Origin: Nitrospirota bacterium
GTDB taxonomy: Bacteria > Nitrospirota > Nitrospiria > 2-01-FULL-66-17
Direction: 5' to 3'
Assembly: GCA_049325335.1 (NCBI GenBank)
Contig: JBMOMC010000040.1
Location: 1-64,000, forward strand
DNA: 64,000 bases
A program made the position numbers and the translations under genes. Below the pieces are notes generated by a model that was not told the DNA's origin, searched no databases, and saw only the letters and a list, made by a program, of their open reading frames with translations. The first letter of the stretch is position 1. Every line of letters begins with the position of its first letter. Shown here one piece after another: positions 20,345 to 30,387 of the stretch.

Positions 20345-21619
20345 TTACGCGGCGAACCCGGTATCCACCTCGAGGAAATCCCCAAGGCCGTCGCCGGTGG
20401 CCTTGGTCGCGACGGCCTCCGTGTCCTGCTGTGCCGAGTCGGTCTCCAGCGCACCGACCAGTCTCAGGTTGGCGAACTCAAACCGCAGGTTGCGAATGGT
20501 GACCAACGGCCAGGCCAAACCGAACGTGAGGAGCAGTAGGACCAGATTCACAATGTGTAACCCGAAGAGCCCGCGGCCGGTCATAGTGGAGACGAATCGC
20601 GCGGTCTCAAACGACGTGTGCCCCCAGTAATAGCGCGTCCGCCGCGCCCAATACCACAACCAGACCAATCCCAGCGTGGGAATCGTCAAGAGCATGGCGA
20701 TCAGGAACGGACCGAAGAGGTCGCGGCCCCGACCGTCGAAGCCGAAGGCGCGGTTGCCGAACCGCGAGTGCGACACCAAAAATCCCTGCCGTTTGGTCGC
20801 GAAGAACGGATAGTACAGGCCAAGTGTGAGTCCGGTCAGCAGCGTCCCACCCACGAAGAGCTTGATGAACTCGCCCACTTTGCCTTGAAAGGAGAACCGG
20901 ATGTTACGCCACGAGGTGCGGCTGAGTCGGTACCGCCGCGCGCCTACCGTGGCGACGGGGATGAGCAGCAACAGACCGATATATCCGACGAGAAACGCGC
21001 TGACCTTGACCGCCGCGCCGCCGGGCAAGGCGGGCGCCGCCTGAAAGAGCGCGCTGACCACGCCGAATAGGAGGCCGCCCTTGAGCGTGCCGATGAACAA
21101 TTCGCGGCCGGTCCCGTGGTATGCGAACCGATCGCCCTCAAAAACCGTTTCGCTCAGCAAATACGAACGGACCCTCACCTTGGCCCAACAGTAATAGATG
21201 CCGAGAGTGAGCACGGTGAGCAGCATGTTGACGATATGGATGCCCAACAAGGTTCCCGCGCCGCCCGCAAAGGTTAGGCGTCGCTCCGTGTCGGTATCCA
21301 GCCGTTCGGTCGGATCGCCGATCAGCTCCGTGCGGTCGCCGTCGGTCTCGGCCGCCCGATGCACCACGGTCGGTTCCGAGAGGGTCGCCTTTGAAAACGT
21401 CGGTTCCGAAACAGTCGGCTCCGCGTCGGTCGCGTCGGAGGGCGCCGCGTGCGTGATCGGCGGCGTGGACGCGGCCGCTCGCGTTGGAGGCGCCGCCAGA
21501 CCCACCGTGCGGACGGACCGCGCGTCTTCGGAAATTCCGGTGGCTTTGCCGCAGTTCTGACAGGTCGGGGCGGCCAGTTGGGTCAGACCGCATTTGACGC
21601 ACCGCATCGAATTGAGCAT
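20345..21619 (-). CDS. YjgN/DUF898 family membrane protein with N-terminal zinc ribbon
   Basis: IVNMLLTVLTLGIYYCWAKVR, repeated LTLGLY units, CVKC..CQNC; GGAGG RBS; paired with the M48 gene. Confidence 0.85.
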   Translation of the reverse strand: MLNSMRCVKCGLTQLAAPTCQNCGKATGISEDARSVRTVGLAAPPTRAAASTPPITHAAPSDATDAEPTVSEPTFSKATLSEPTVVHRAAETDGDRTELIGDPTERLDTDTERRLTFAGGAGTLLGIHIVNMLLTVLTLGIYYCWAKVRVRSYLLSETVFEGDRFAYHGTGRELFIGTLKGGLLFGVVSALFQAAPALPGGAAVKVSAFLVGYIGLLLLIPVATVGARRYRLSRTSWRNIRFSFQGKVGEFIKLFVGGTLLTGLTLGLYYPFFATKRQGFLVSHSRFGNRAFGFDGRGRDLFGPFLIAMLLTIPTLGLVWLWYWARRTRYYWGHTSFETARFVSTMTGRGLFGLHIVNLVLLLLTFGLAWPLVTIRNLRFEFANLRLVGALETDSAQQDTEAVATKATGDGLGDFLEVDTGFAA

Positions 21620-21805
21620 CGGGTCCCTCCGTGTGTGCTCGCGCGGAACAGTGTAGCAGAGGATGACGAAAACGTAGAGCGTCGTGGCGGCATGTTCGAT
21701 GCTCCGAGGGCGACCGACGCGTTGATTCGTGGAGCGGCGGTAGACGCCCGCCTGTCGCGCACGCACCGTGTCCGTTACGCAATATGCGACCGACCGCGTC
21801 AATTC

Positions 21806-21835
21806 TTGACATTGTCCCTCGCGCTTTGCTACGGT
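21806..21835 (+). promoter_or_regulatory. Putative sigma70 promoter for glyQ
   Basis: TTGACA, 18 bp spacer, extended TGc-TACGGT. Confidence 0.4.
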
Positions 21836-21875
21836 TGGGCCTCGTTTTTGGCTGCCGGTTGACGCCATTTCTCGC

Positions 21876-22775
21876 GTGAAAACGCTCACATTTCAAGAGA
21901 TCATCCTGCGCCTGCAACAGTACTGGGGCGAGCGCGGATGTTTGATCGCGCAGCCGTACGACACGGAGGTCGGGGCCGGGACGTTCCACCCCGCCACGTT
22001 TTTGCGCGCGCTGGGGCCGGAGCCGTGGCGCGTGGCGTACGTGCAGCCGTCGCGCCGACCCACGGACGGGCGGTACGGTGAAAATCCCAACCGGCTCCAA
22101 CACTACTATCAGTTCCAAGTCATCCTGAAACCCGCGCCCGAGGACGTACAGGCGCAGTACCTGAACAGCTTGGTTGCGTTGGGGCTGAAGGTCGCGGATC
22201 ACGACGTGCGGTTCGTGCAGGACGATTGGGAGTCTCCGTCGCTCGGGGCGTGGGGCTTGGGCTGGGAAGTACGGTTGGACGGGATGGAGATCACGCAGTT
22301 CACGTATTTTCAGGAGATCGGCGGGATCGAACTCAACCCGATATCCGCGGAGATCACGTACGGCCTCGAGCGCATCGCCATGTACCTGCAACAGGTGGAC
22401 AGCGTGTTCGACCTGCGATGGACCGACACGGTCCGTTACGGCGACGTGCACCACGAAACCGAAGTCCAGGGATCGCGTTACAACTTCGACCGCGCGCACG
22501 TCCCGTCGTTGTTCACCGAGTACGACCTGCACGAGCAGGAAGCCAAACGCCTGCTGGCCGACGACCTGGTCCTGCCCGCGTACGATCACTGCATGAAGAC
22601 GTCGCACTTGTTTAACGTGCTGGACGCGCGCGGCGCCATCAGCGTGACCGAACGCGCCACCTACATCGCGCGCGTGCGCGGCCTGGCTCGCGCGTGCGCG
22701 GAAGGCTGGCTTAAGCAGCGGGAAGCCAACGGATTTCCGTTGCTGGCAAAATCAACGACGCAATCGAAACGTTAG
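21876..22775 (+). CDS. glyQ: Glycine-tRNA ligase alpha subunit
   Basis: [40 protein letters not shown]. Confidence 0.98.
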   Translation: MKTLTFQEIILRLQQYWGERGCLIAQPYDTEVGAGTFHPATFLRALGPEPWRVAYVQPSRRPTDGRYGENPNRLQHYYQFQVILKPAPEDVQAQYLNSLVALGLKVADHDVRFVQDDWESPSLGAWGLGWEVRLDGMEITQFTYFQEIGGIELNPISAEITYGLERIAMYLQQVDSVFDLRWTDTVRYGDVHHETEVQGSRYNFDRAHVPSLFTEYDLHEQEAKRLLADDLVLPAYDHCMKTSHLFNVLDARGAISVTERATYIARVRGLARACAEGWLKQREANGFPLLAKSTTQSKR

Positions 22776-22805
22776 GGGTGCACCAATTCATTTCGTAGAA
22801 ATGAA

Positions 22806-22927
22806 AGCCTGTTCAGGAATCGGCCAGATGCAAGGCGCCGCGAGAACCGGAGCGGAGCGTACGAAGCGGGTACGTGAGCACCGGAAGCGCAGCGGCAACG
22901 CCGCAGATGGCCGTTCATGGACAGGCT
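22806..22927. mobile_element. MITE-like repeat, copy 3 (reverse orientation)
   Basis: AGCCTGTTCA...TGGACAGGCT; reverse complement of the copy 1/2 core. Confidence 0.75.
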
Positions 22928-22941
22928 CACGACGATAGACC

Positions 22942-25026
22942 GTGGCGACGCGAACTCCCCCAACCTCCGACCTCCTGTTTGAAATCGGTACCGAGGAACT
23001 CCCCTGGACCGTGATCCGCGGCACCATCGCGCATGTGGACGGCGCGGCGCGCGCCGCGTTCGAGCGGGCGCGGTTGTCCGCGCGCACGGTGCAGGTGTAT
23101 GGCACGCCGCGGCGACTGGTCTTGATCGCGGAAGGCGTGGCCACGCGGCAAGCCGAAGCCACCACGCAGGTGGTGGGCCCGCCCGCGAGCGCGGCGTTCG
23201 ACGCGCAAGGCAAACCCACCAGAGCGGCCGAGGGATTCGCCAAGTCGCAAGGCGTGGCGGTCACGGATCTGACCGTGGTCACGACCGAGAAGGGCCGCTA
23301 CGTGGCGGTGGCCCGCTCGGAAGAGCGGCGGGCCGCGTCCGCAGTGCTGCGTGAGCTCCTGCCCGCGCTCATCAGCGGTCTCTCGTTTCCTCGCGCCATG
23401 AAATGGGAGACGGGCGGCGCGCGGTTTGCCCGGCCTATCCGCTGGATGGTGGCGCTCTTCGGCGGGAAACCCATTCCGATTCGATATGGGGGGGTCGCGT
23501 CCGGAGCCATGACGCGCGGCCACGCGCTGACCGCGTCCAAGCCGTTTCGCGCGCCCGCGACATGGGCCGCGTTTTCTCAGGCCCTCGAGCGCCGGGGAGT
23601 GATCGTGGACCACGGGCGGCGGCGGACGCTCATCGCCTCGCAACTGGCCGCCATCGCGCGCGAGGCGGGCGGGAAACTGGTCGAGGACGATGACCTGCTG
23701 GAGCAAGCCACGTTCCTCACCGAATCCCCTTGCGCGATCGCGGGCGCGTTCGACCCCAAGTATCTCGCGTTGCCGCGCGAAGTGATCGTGACCGTGATGA
23801 AGGAACACCAAGGCTACTTTTCGTTGGTGGATCGCAAGGGCGAACCCTTGCCCTCGTTCATCGCGGTGAGCAACGTCAAGCCCGCCGGGCGCGCCGTGGC
23901 CGCGATCCGCGCGGGGTACGAACGGGTAATCCGCGCGCGCTTGGACGACGCCAAATTTTATTTCGACCAGGACCAGAAAGAGCGGCTCGCCGACCGCGTG
24001 CCGCGGCTCAAGGGCGTGGTGTTCCAGGAAAAGCTCGGGACCGTGTACGCCAAGGTGGAACGGGTGGTGGCGCTGGCGCGCGCGCTGGCCGCGCACTTCG
24101 AGGTGGACGCGGACCAGGCCGAACGCGCGGCGTGGTTGTGCAAGGCCGACCTGACCGCGGGCATGGTGCGCGAATTCCCGGAGTTGCAGGGCATCATGGG
24201 GCGCGAGTATGCCGCGCGACAACACGAGCCCGACGCCGTGGCCGACGCCATCGGCGAGCACTACCGCCCTCGATTCGCCGGGGATCGTTTGCCCGCGAAT
24301 CCGCTGGCTCAGCTCCTCGCGGTCGCGGACAAGGTGGACACCATCGTGCGGTGCTTCGGCGCGGGGTTGATCCCCACCGGATCGCAGGACCCGTACGCGC
24401 TGCGGCGACAGGCGTTGGGCGTGGTGCAGATCCTGCGCGAGCGGCCGGTGGTCACGCTTTCCGCGTTGATCGCGCACGCGGCGCAGTCGGGTACGGATCA
24501 CGGCACGATTCAGGAGTTTTTCTGCCAGAGGATCGAATCACAAGCCAAGACCGAAGGATTCCGCGGCGATTTGATCAACGCGGTGCTAGACGTGCCGTCC
24601 GCGGCCGACGCACCCCACCTGGCGTTTCGCCGGCTGGCCGCGTTCAGCGCGTTCTCGCGGCGGCCGGCGTTCGAGTCGTTGATGACGGTGTGCAAACGGG
24701 TGATGAACATCCTGCCCGAGCAGTGCCCCGCCGCGATCGACCCCGCGCGGTTCACGCACGACGCGGAGCGCCGCCTGCACGCGGACACGCAACGGGCCGA
24801 GGCCGCGATCCACGCGCACGAGGCGGAAGGTCGGGACGAAGCCGTGTTGGAGACGTTCGAATCGCTCAAGCCCGCGATCGACGGGTTCTTCACCGACGTG
24901 ATGGTGATGGCGGACGATTCCGCGGTGCGGGACACGCGGCTCGCGCTGCTCAAGGCGGTGAACGATTTGCTGGCGCGGTTCGCGGATTTTCGCGCGGTAG
25001 CGACCACGGAAGCCGTCGTGCGGTGA
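22942..25026 (+). CDS. glyS: Glycine-tRNA ligase beta subunit
   Basis: LLFEIGTEELP, TPRRL, FARPIRW, EFPELQGIMG, TGSQDPYALRRQALG. Confidence 0.97.
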   Translation: MATRTPPTSDLLFEIGTEELPWTVIRGTIAHVDGAARAAFERARLSARTVQVYGTPRRLVLIAEGVATRQAEATTQVVGPPASAAFDAQGKPTRAAEGFAKSQGVAVTDLTVVTTEKGRYVAVARSEERRAASAVLRELLPALISGLSFPRAMKWETGGARFARPIRWMVALFGGKPIPIRYGGVASGAMTRGHALTASKPFRAPATWAAFSQALERRGVIVDHGRRRTLIASQLAAIAREAGGKLVEDDDLLEQATFLTESPCAIAGAFDPKYLALPREVIVTVMKEHQGYFSLVDRKGEPLPSFIAVSNVKPAGRAVAAIRAGYERVIRARLDDAKFYFDQDQKERLADRVPRLKGVVFQEKLGTVYAKVERVVALARALAAHFEVDADQAERAAWLCKADLTAGMVREFPELQGIMGREYAARQHEPDAVADAIGEHYRPRFAGDRLPANPLAQLLAVADKVDTIVRCFGAGLIPTGSQDPYALRRQALGVVQILRERPVVTLSALIAHAAQSGTDHGTIQEFFCQRIESQAKTEGFRGDLINAVLDVPSAADAPHLAFRRLAAFSAFSRRPAFESLMTVCKRVMNILPEQCPAAIDPARFTHDAERRLHADTQRAEAAIHAHEAEGRDEAVLETFESLKPAIDGFFTDVMVMADDSAVRDTRLALLKAVNDLLARFADFRAVATTEAVVR

Positions 25027-25050
25027 GAATATAGGGTCAGAAGATCTCGC

Positions 25051-25080
25051 ATCGTAGGCGCGGGAACCCGCGCCTACGAT
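25051..25080. repeat. GTAG-type REP-like hairpin
   Basis: ATCGTAGGCGCGGG-AA-CCCGCGCCTACGAT. Confidence 0.65.
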
Positions 25081-25111
25081 GCGTTAAGCAAGCTCGGTTG
25101 GAAGGGAGAAC

Positions 25112-27784
25112 GTGATGGCTCGATCAGCGACGCACAAGTGGGTGTACTCCTTCGGGGATGGACGCGCCGAAGGCAAGGCGGGGATGAAGGACCTACTTGG
25201 CGGCAAAGGCGCCGGGCTTGCCGAGATGACCAACCTCAAGATTCCGGTGCCGTCCGGGTTCACCATCACCACCGAGGCGTGCGTCGAGTACTTCCGGCTC
25301 AAAAAATCGTATCCCAAAGGCATGTGGGAGCAGACGCTCGCGGGCATGAAAAAAGTCGAGCGGTCCATGAACATGGGCTTCGGCGATCCCGAGCGGCCGC
25401 TGCTCGTCTCGGTCCGGTCCGGGGCCAAGGCCTCCATGCCCGGCATGATGGACACGGTGTTGAACCTCGGCTTGAACCAGCGCACCTTGCACGGGTTGAT
25501 CAAGAAGACCGGCAACCCGCGCTTCGGGTACGACGCGTATCGCCGGTTCATCACCATGTTCGGTTCCATTGTGTTGGGGGTGAAGCGGGAGAAGTTCGAA
25601 CGCCTGCTGGAAGACGCCAAGGCCGAACGCGGCGTGCACCATGACACGGATCTGGACGAACACGCGTTGCGGCGTCTGGTCGGGGATTTCCAGGGCCTGG
25701 TCAAGGCCGAGACCGGACGGCCCTTTCCCGAAGACCCGATAGAGCAACTCACGCTCGCGATCAAAGCCGTGTTCGACTCGTGGTACGGCGCGCGAGCGGT
25801 GACCTATCGCAAACTCAACAACATCCCCGAATCCTGGGGCACCGCGGTCAATGTGGTGGCCATGGTGTTCGGGAACATGGGCGAGACCAGCGGCACCGGC
25901 GTGGCGTTCACGCGCGACCCGTCCACCGGCGAGCGGCGGTTCTTTGGGGAGTGCCTGCTCAACGCGCAGGGTGAAGACGTGGTGGCGGGCATTCGCACCC
26001 CGTTGCCGGTGGAGTCGCTCAAGGACACGATCCCGGGCGCGTACCGCGAATTGCAGCGCGTCTACAAGACGCTGGAGAAACACTACCGCGACATGCTCGA
26101 TCTGGAGTTCACGATCCAGGAGGGCACCCTCTACATGCTCCAAACGCGCGTAGGGAAGCGCACGGCCGCGGCCGCGATCCGCATCGCCACCGAGATGGCT
26201 AAGGAAAAGCTGATCGACCGCGAAACCGCGATCATGCGGGTGGACCCGGAGCAGCTCGACCAGCTCCTGCATCCCACCATTGATCCCTCGGCCAAACTGC
26301 AGGTCGTGGCCAAGGGCTTGCCCGCTTCGCCGGGCGCGGCGGGCGGGAAGGTGGTGTTCACGGCCGAAGACGCGGAGCGGTCCGCGGCCAAGGGAGAAAA
26401 AGTCATCTTGGTGCGCGCCGAGACCTCGCCCGAAGACATCGGCGGCATGAACGCAGCCGAGGGGATTCTGACCGCGCGGGGCGGCATGACCTCGCACGCG
26501 GCGGTGGTGGCGCGCGGCATGGGCAAATGTTGCGTGGCCGGGTGCAGCGCGGTGAACATCGACGAACGCACCGATTCGTTCTCCGTGAACGGCCACGTGG
26601 TGCGCCGCGGCGATTGGATCACGCTCAACGGCTCCACCGGCGAAGTCATCCTCGGCGAAGCCCCGTTGGTTCAGCCCAAGTGGAGCAAGGACTTCCACGT
26701 GCTCATGGGGTGGGTGGACCAGGCGCGGCGTCTGCGCGTGCGCGCGAACGCGGACACCCCGCACGACGCCAAGGTGGCGCGGGGATTCGGCGCCGAAGGC
26801 ATCGGCCTGTGCCGGACCGAACACATGTTCTTCGAGGGTGATCGCATCCGCGCGGTGCGCGAAATGATCCTGGCCGATGATCTGGCCGGGCGGCAGCGCG
26901 CGCTGGCCAAATTGCTGCCCATGCAAAAGAGCGACTTTCTCGGCATCTTCAAGGAAATGGCCGGCCTGCCGGTGACCATTCGCCTGCTGGACCCGCCGCT
27001 GCACGAATTCCTGCCGCAGACCGAGGCGGAACTCGCGTCGTTGGCCACGGACATGGGCGTGCCGGTCGACAACCTGCGCGCCAAGAACAAGAGCCTGCAC
27101 GAATTTAACCCCATGCTGGGATGGCGTGGCTGCCGGTTGGGCATCACCTTCCCCGAGATTTACGAGATGCAGGTGCGCGCGATCTTCGAAGCCGCGTGCG
27201 AACTGGCGCAGCAGAAAGTGAAAGTGATTCCTGAAGTCATGATCCCCTTGGTCGCGCACGTGAAGGAATTGGCGCGCATGAAGGAATTGCTCATTCGCGT
27301 GGCCGAAGAGACCATGAAACGCTACGGCAAGAAAGTCGCCTACACCATCGGCACCATGATCGAGTTGCCGCGCGCCGCGCTCGTGGCCGACGACATCGCC
27401 AAAGAAGCCGAATTCTTCTCCTTCGGCACCAACGACCTCACCCAAACCACCTTCGGCCTCTCCCGCGACGACGCGGGCAAATTCCTCCCGTTCTACGTCG
27501 AACAAGGCCTCCTGCCCCGCGACCCGTTCGTGGCCATCGACCAGGACGGCGTGGGCAGCCTGATGCAAATGGGCACCCAGAAGGGCCGCTCGGTCCGCCC
27601 CAAGTTGAAAGTTGGCATCTGCGGCGAACATGGCGGCGAACCCTCCTCCGTGGAATTCTGCCACCGTATCGGCCTGGACTACGTAAGCTGCTCCCCATAC
27701 CGCGTTCCGATCGCGCGCCTCGCCGCAGCCCAGGCGGCACTGAAAGACAGCAAGAAAAAGCGGGCGGTGTCGGACACGCGATAA
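25112..27784 (+). CDS. ppdK: Pyruvate, phosphate dikinase
   Basis: LLGGKGAGLAEM, VSVRSGA, GGMTSHAAVVARG, GIGLCRTEHMF, FSFGTNDLTQ. Confidence 0.98.
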   Translation: MMARSATHKWVYSFGDGRAEGKAGMKDLLGGKGAGLAEMTNLKIPVPSGFTITTEACVEYFRLKKSYPKGMWEQTLAGMKKVERSMNMGFGDPERPLLVSVRSGAKASMPGMMDTVLNLGLNQRTLHGLIKKTGNPRFGYDAYRRFITMFGSIVLGVKREKFERLLEDAKAERGVHHDTDLDEHALRRLVGDFQGLVKAETGRPFPEDPIEQLTLAIKAVFDSWYGARAVTYRKLNNIPESWGTAVNVVAMVFGNMGETSGTGVAFTRDPSTGERRFFGECLLNAQGEDVVAGIRTPLPVESLKDTIPGAYRELQRVYKTLEKHYRDMLDLEFTIQEGTLYMLQTRVGKRTAAAAIRIATEMAKEKLIDRETAIMRVDPEQLDQLLHPTIDPSAKLQVVAKGLPASPGAAGGKVVFTAEDAERSAAKGEKVILVRAETSPEDIGGMNAAEGILTARGGMTSHAAVVARGMGKCCVAGCSAVNIDERTDSFSVNGHVVRRGDWITLNGSTGEVILGEAPLVQPKWSKDFHVLMGWVDQARRLRVRANADTPHDAKVARGFGAEGIGLCRTEHMFFEGDRIRAVREMILADDLAGRQRALAKLLPMQKSDFLGIFKEMAGLPVTIRLLDPPLHEFLPQTEAELASLATDMGVPVDNLRAKNKSLHEFNPMLGWRGCRLGITFPEIYEMQVRAIFEAACELAQQKVKVIPEVMIPLVAHVKELARMKELLIRVAEETMKRYGKKVAYTIGTMIELPRAALVADDIAKEAEFFSFGTNDLTQTTFGLSRDDAGKFLPFYVEQGLLPRDPFVAIDQDGVGSLMQMGTQKGRSVRPKLKVGICGEHGGEPSSVEFCHRIGLDYVSCSPYRVPIARLAAAQAALKDSKKKRAVSDTR

Positions 27785-27865
27785 CACCACCTCGTCAGGA
27801 CGTCTGTCGCCATGAGTCGTGACATCAGGGCGACGTGACACGAACATCGTGTGCTGAGGCCGTCA

Positions 27866-28979
27866 ATGGGCACGATTCAGATCAGACAAGGGGCCCCAGG
27901 AAATCTCATCGTGCTCGTGCCGTATACCCCGGAGCGCGTGGAAAAAATCAAGACGGTCACCGGACGCCGCTGGCATCAGCAAGAGAAACATTGGACGGTT
28001 CCCCAAACCCCTAAGGCCATCGCCGATTTGCTCGCCCTCTTTACGGGGGAGCCAGTCGAGGTCGATCCCTCCCTTCATCCGGTCAACAGGTCTGGCAACC
28101 TGGACACATCCCTTCAGCCGGTAAGCGATGACGTCACGGCGGCCACGCGTGCGCTCCTCGATCGGGTCCGCCAAGCGATCAGAACCCGGCATTACAGCTA
28201 TCGGACCGAGGAGGCCTACCTGGGGTGGATCCGCCGATTCGTCCTGTTTCATCGCCAACGAGATCCCGCGGAGATGAGCGCGCCGGACATTTCTCGGTTT
28301 CTGACCTCGCTGGCCGTTGACCGGAACGTGGCTGCGTCAACGCAGAATCAGGCCTTGGCCGCCATCCTGTTTCTCTATAAGGATGTACTCGGCCGTGACC
28401 CCGGTTGGGTGGACGACGTGGTGCGCGCGAAGCGGCCGCAGCGATTGCCGGTCGTCCTGTCGCAACAGGAAGTGCACGCCGTCTTGTCCGTGCTTGACGG
28501 CGTTACGTGGATCATGGGAATGTTGCTCTACGGCGCCGGGCTTCGCGTGATGGAATGTCTGCGCCTGCGCGTGAAAGACGTGGACATTGGCCGCGGTGAA
28601 CTGCGTGTGCGTGAGGGCAAGGGCGATAAGGATCGCGTCACCATGCTGCCGTCGTCGGTGATCCCGCGGCTCACGGCGCATCTCGAACGGGTTCGGGCAC
28701 AACACGAGGCCGACGCGGCCGCGGGCTTCGGGCGCGTCATGCTGCCGCACGCCATGGCCCGTAAATACCCGCACGCGGACCGCGAATGGGCTGGCAGTGG
28801 GTGTTCCCCGCCAGGACCATCTCGGTGATCCGCGCACGGGCGAACGCCGGCGGCATCACTTGCATGAGACCGTACCGCCACGAGCCATCCGCGACGTGAA
28901 GACCACGATGATCTACACCCATGTGCTGAACCGGGGCGGGCGCGGCGTGAAAAGCCCCGCGGACCGATTGCCCGAGTGA
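27866..28979 (+). pseudogene. intI: Integron integrase IntI pseudogene with N-terminal extension
   Basis: RHYSYRTEEAY, STQNQAL, LLYGAGLR, the integron-specific insert (REW/WQWVFPA/DPRTGERRRHHLHE) split over three frames, and TTMIYTHVLNRGG. Frameshifts near 28789 and 28826; the HxLRH..LLGH box is missing near 28890. Confidence 0.9.
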
Positions 28980-29167
28980 TCGATGGCGGGATGTTAGCCA
29001 GCGCAATACGCGTCCTAACATACCGAATCTATTAGTTGATATAACATCAATAACATGCTGTTATTTATGAATAGATATAGGTTCAGTGGGCTTAAAATGC
29101 GTTGCGGTTAGGAAGCGGTAGGCGCTTGGTTTATCGAAATCATTAGGATGTCGAATTGTAGTTAACC
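28980..29167 (+). promoter_or_regulatory. AT-rich attI/Pc region; crossover G/TTAACC at 29161
   Basis: GTTAACCATC (29161) is 9/10 complementary to GATGGCTAAC at the end of cassette 1. Several palindromes lie in 28991-29065. Confidence 0.7.
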
Positions 29168-29182
29168 ATCACGGGAGAGAAA

Positions 29183-29878
29183 ATGCGCGCGCACTATTTC
29201 CAACATGTTCCATTCGAAGGGCTTGGAAGCATCAAGCCTTGGCTGGATTCAAATGGGTACGAGCTGACCAACACACGGTTCTTTGAATCAGCTGATTTGC
29301 TGGACCCTAAAGCAATTGATTTGCTTGTGGTCATGGGCGGTCCGATGAGCGTGAATGATGAAGATAAATTCCCTTGGCTTGCCTTGGAAAAGCAGTTTGT
29401 TCGTGAAATCGTCGAGTCTGGGAAACCCGTCTTGGGTGTATGTCTTGGCGCTCAAATTATTGCAAACGCAATGGGGGCGAAAGTCTTTCCCAACCCCGTA
29501 AAGGAAATCGGCTGGTTTCCTATCCATGCGGTTGCCTCTATTGACGGCTCGGTCTTCAATTTTCCGCCTTCGGAAATAGTGTTCCATTGGCACGGAGAGA
29601 CATTTGATTTGCCACCGGACGCGATACGGCTCGCAAAGAGTGAAGGGTGTGAGAACCAGGCCTTTCAACTCGGCAAGCGGGTAATCGGCTTGCAGTTCCA
29701 CCTCGAAACAACACCGGAGTCGGCGAGAGAAATTGTCTCAAATTGTCGCGAAGAGCTAGTTCCATCAAGATACGTTCAAACGGAGGAAGAAATCCTATCG
29801 GCAAGCTCAAGTCGGTATAAATCGATAAATGATCTGATGGCTAACATCCTGTCCTTTCTTCAACGAGGCGATGGCTAA
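29183..29878 (+). CDS. Cassette 1: class I glutamine amidotransferase-like protein
   Basis: MGGPMSVND, GVCLGAQ, FHWHGETF, LQFHLE. Confidence 0.9.
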   Translation: MRAHYFQHVPFEGLGSIKPWLDSNGYELTNTRFFESADLLDPKAIDLLVVMGGPMSVNDEDKFPWLALEKQFVREIVESGKPVLGVCLGAQIIANAMGAKVFPNPVKEIGWFPIHAVASIDGSVFNFPPSEIVFHWHGETFDLPPDAIRLAKSEGCENQAFQLGKRVIGLQFHLETTPESAREIVSNCREELVPSRYVQTEEEILSASSSRYKSINDLMANILSFLQRGDG

Positions 29879-29945
29879 CAACCGCATCGACTCGGACTGG
29901 CATTCCGCTGCGCTCCATGCCAGCCGGTTATGCAGAGCGTTAGCC
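29873..29945 (+). repeat. attC site 1
   Basis: GGCTAAC...GTTAGCC with an internal hairpin. Confidence 0.85.
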
Positions 29946-29964
29946 GTCACGGATAGAAGACATC

Positions 29965-30273
29965 ATGCTTGAACTCAGACCAACCTGTGAGCACTGCAAC
30001 AAGCCGTTGCCGCCAGATTCACTTGAGGCGCGAATCTGTACTTATGAATGTACGTTCTGTGCCACTTGTGTCGACGCCATCTTGGGAAACGTCTGTCCTA
30101 ACTGCGGTGGAGGTTTTGAGCTACGGCCAATCAGACCGTCGAAGAATTTGAAAGACGATAACTATCTTGGCAAGGACCCAGCAAGCACCAAGGTCAAACA
30201 TAGACCCGTGGACCCTGAAGCTCATGCGCGGTTCGCGGCCGAAATCAAATCAATACCGCCAGAGAAGCGGTAA
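29965..30273 (+). CDS. Cassette 2: DUF1272 family Cys-rich protein
   Basis: MLELRPTCEHC, ARICTYECTFCATC, CPNCGGG. Confidence 0.88.
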   Translation: MLELRPTCEHCNKPLPPDSLEARICTYECTFCATCVDAILGNVCPNCGGGFELRPIRPSKNLKDDNYLGKDPASTKVKHRPVDPEAHARFAAEIKSIPPEKR

Positions 30274-30290
30274 CCCACAACAATGTGCAC

Positions 30291-30371
30291 GGCTAACAAC
30301 ACCATCAACTCGGACGTGCAAAAGGGCCGCTTCGCTCTGCTTTTGCACGCTGGTCATGGTGAGCGTTCGTC
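30291..30371 (+). repeat. attC site 2
   Basis: GGCTAAC...GTTCGTC; arms cgtgcaaaag / cttttgcacg. Confidence 0.85.
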
Positions 30372-30387
30372 GTCTAAGAGGTAGTGT

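Noticed and set aside
25193..27847. 884-aa antisense ORF opposite ppdK, and similar long shadow ORFs (61051-63015, 22927-24501)
   Set aside because: They mirror strongly conserved genes in high-GC DNA, have no motifs, and are explained by codon bias.
27785..27865. LexA/SOS box upstream of intI
   Set aside because: CGAACATCGTGTGCT does not fit the CTGT-N8-ACAG, GAAC-N4-GTTC or GAAC-N7-GAAC consensus.
28780..28830. Programmed frameshifting in intI
   Set aside because: Two separate shifts would be needed and the catalytic box is deleted anyway, so decay is the simpler explanation.
29036..29050. TTGAT-N5-ATCAA as an FNR box
   Set aside because: The spacer is 5 bp rather than the canonical 4 bp; kept only as an unexplained palindrome.
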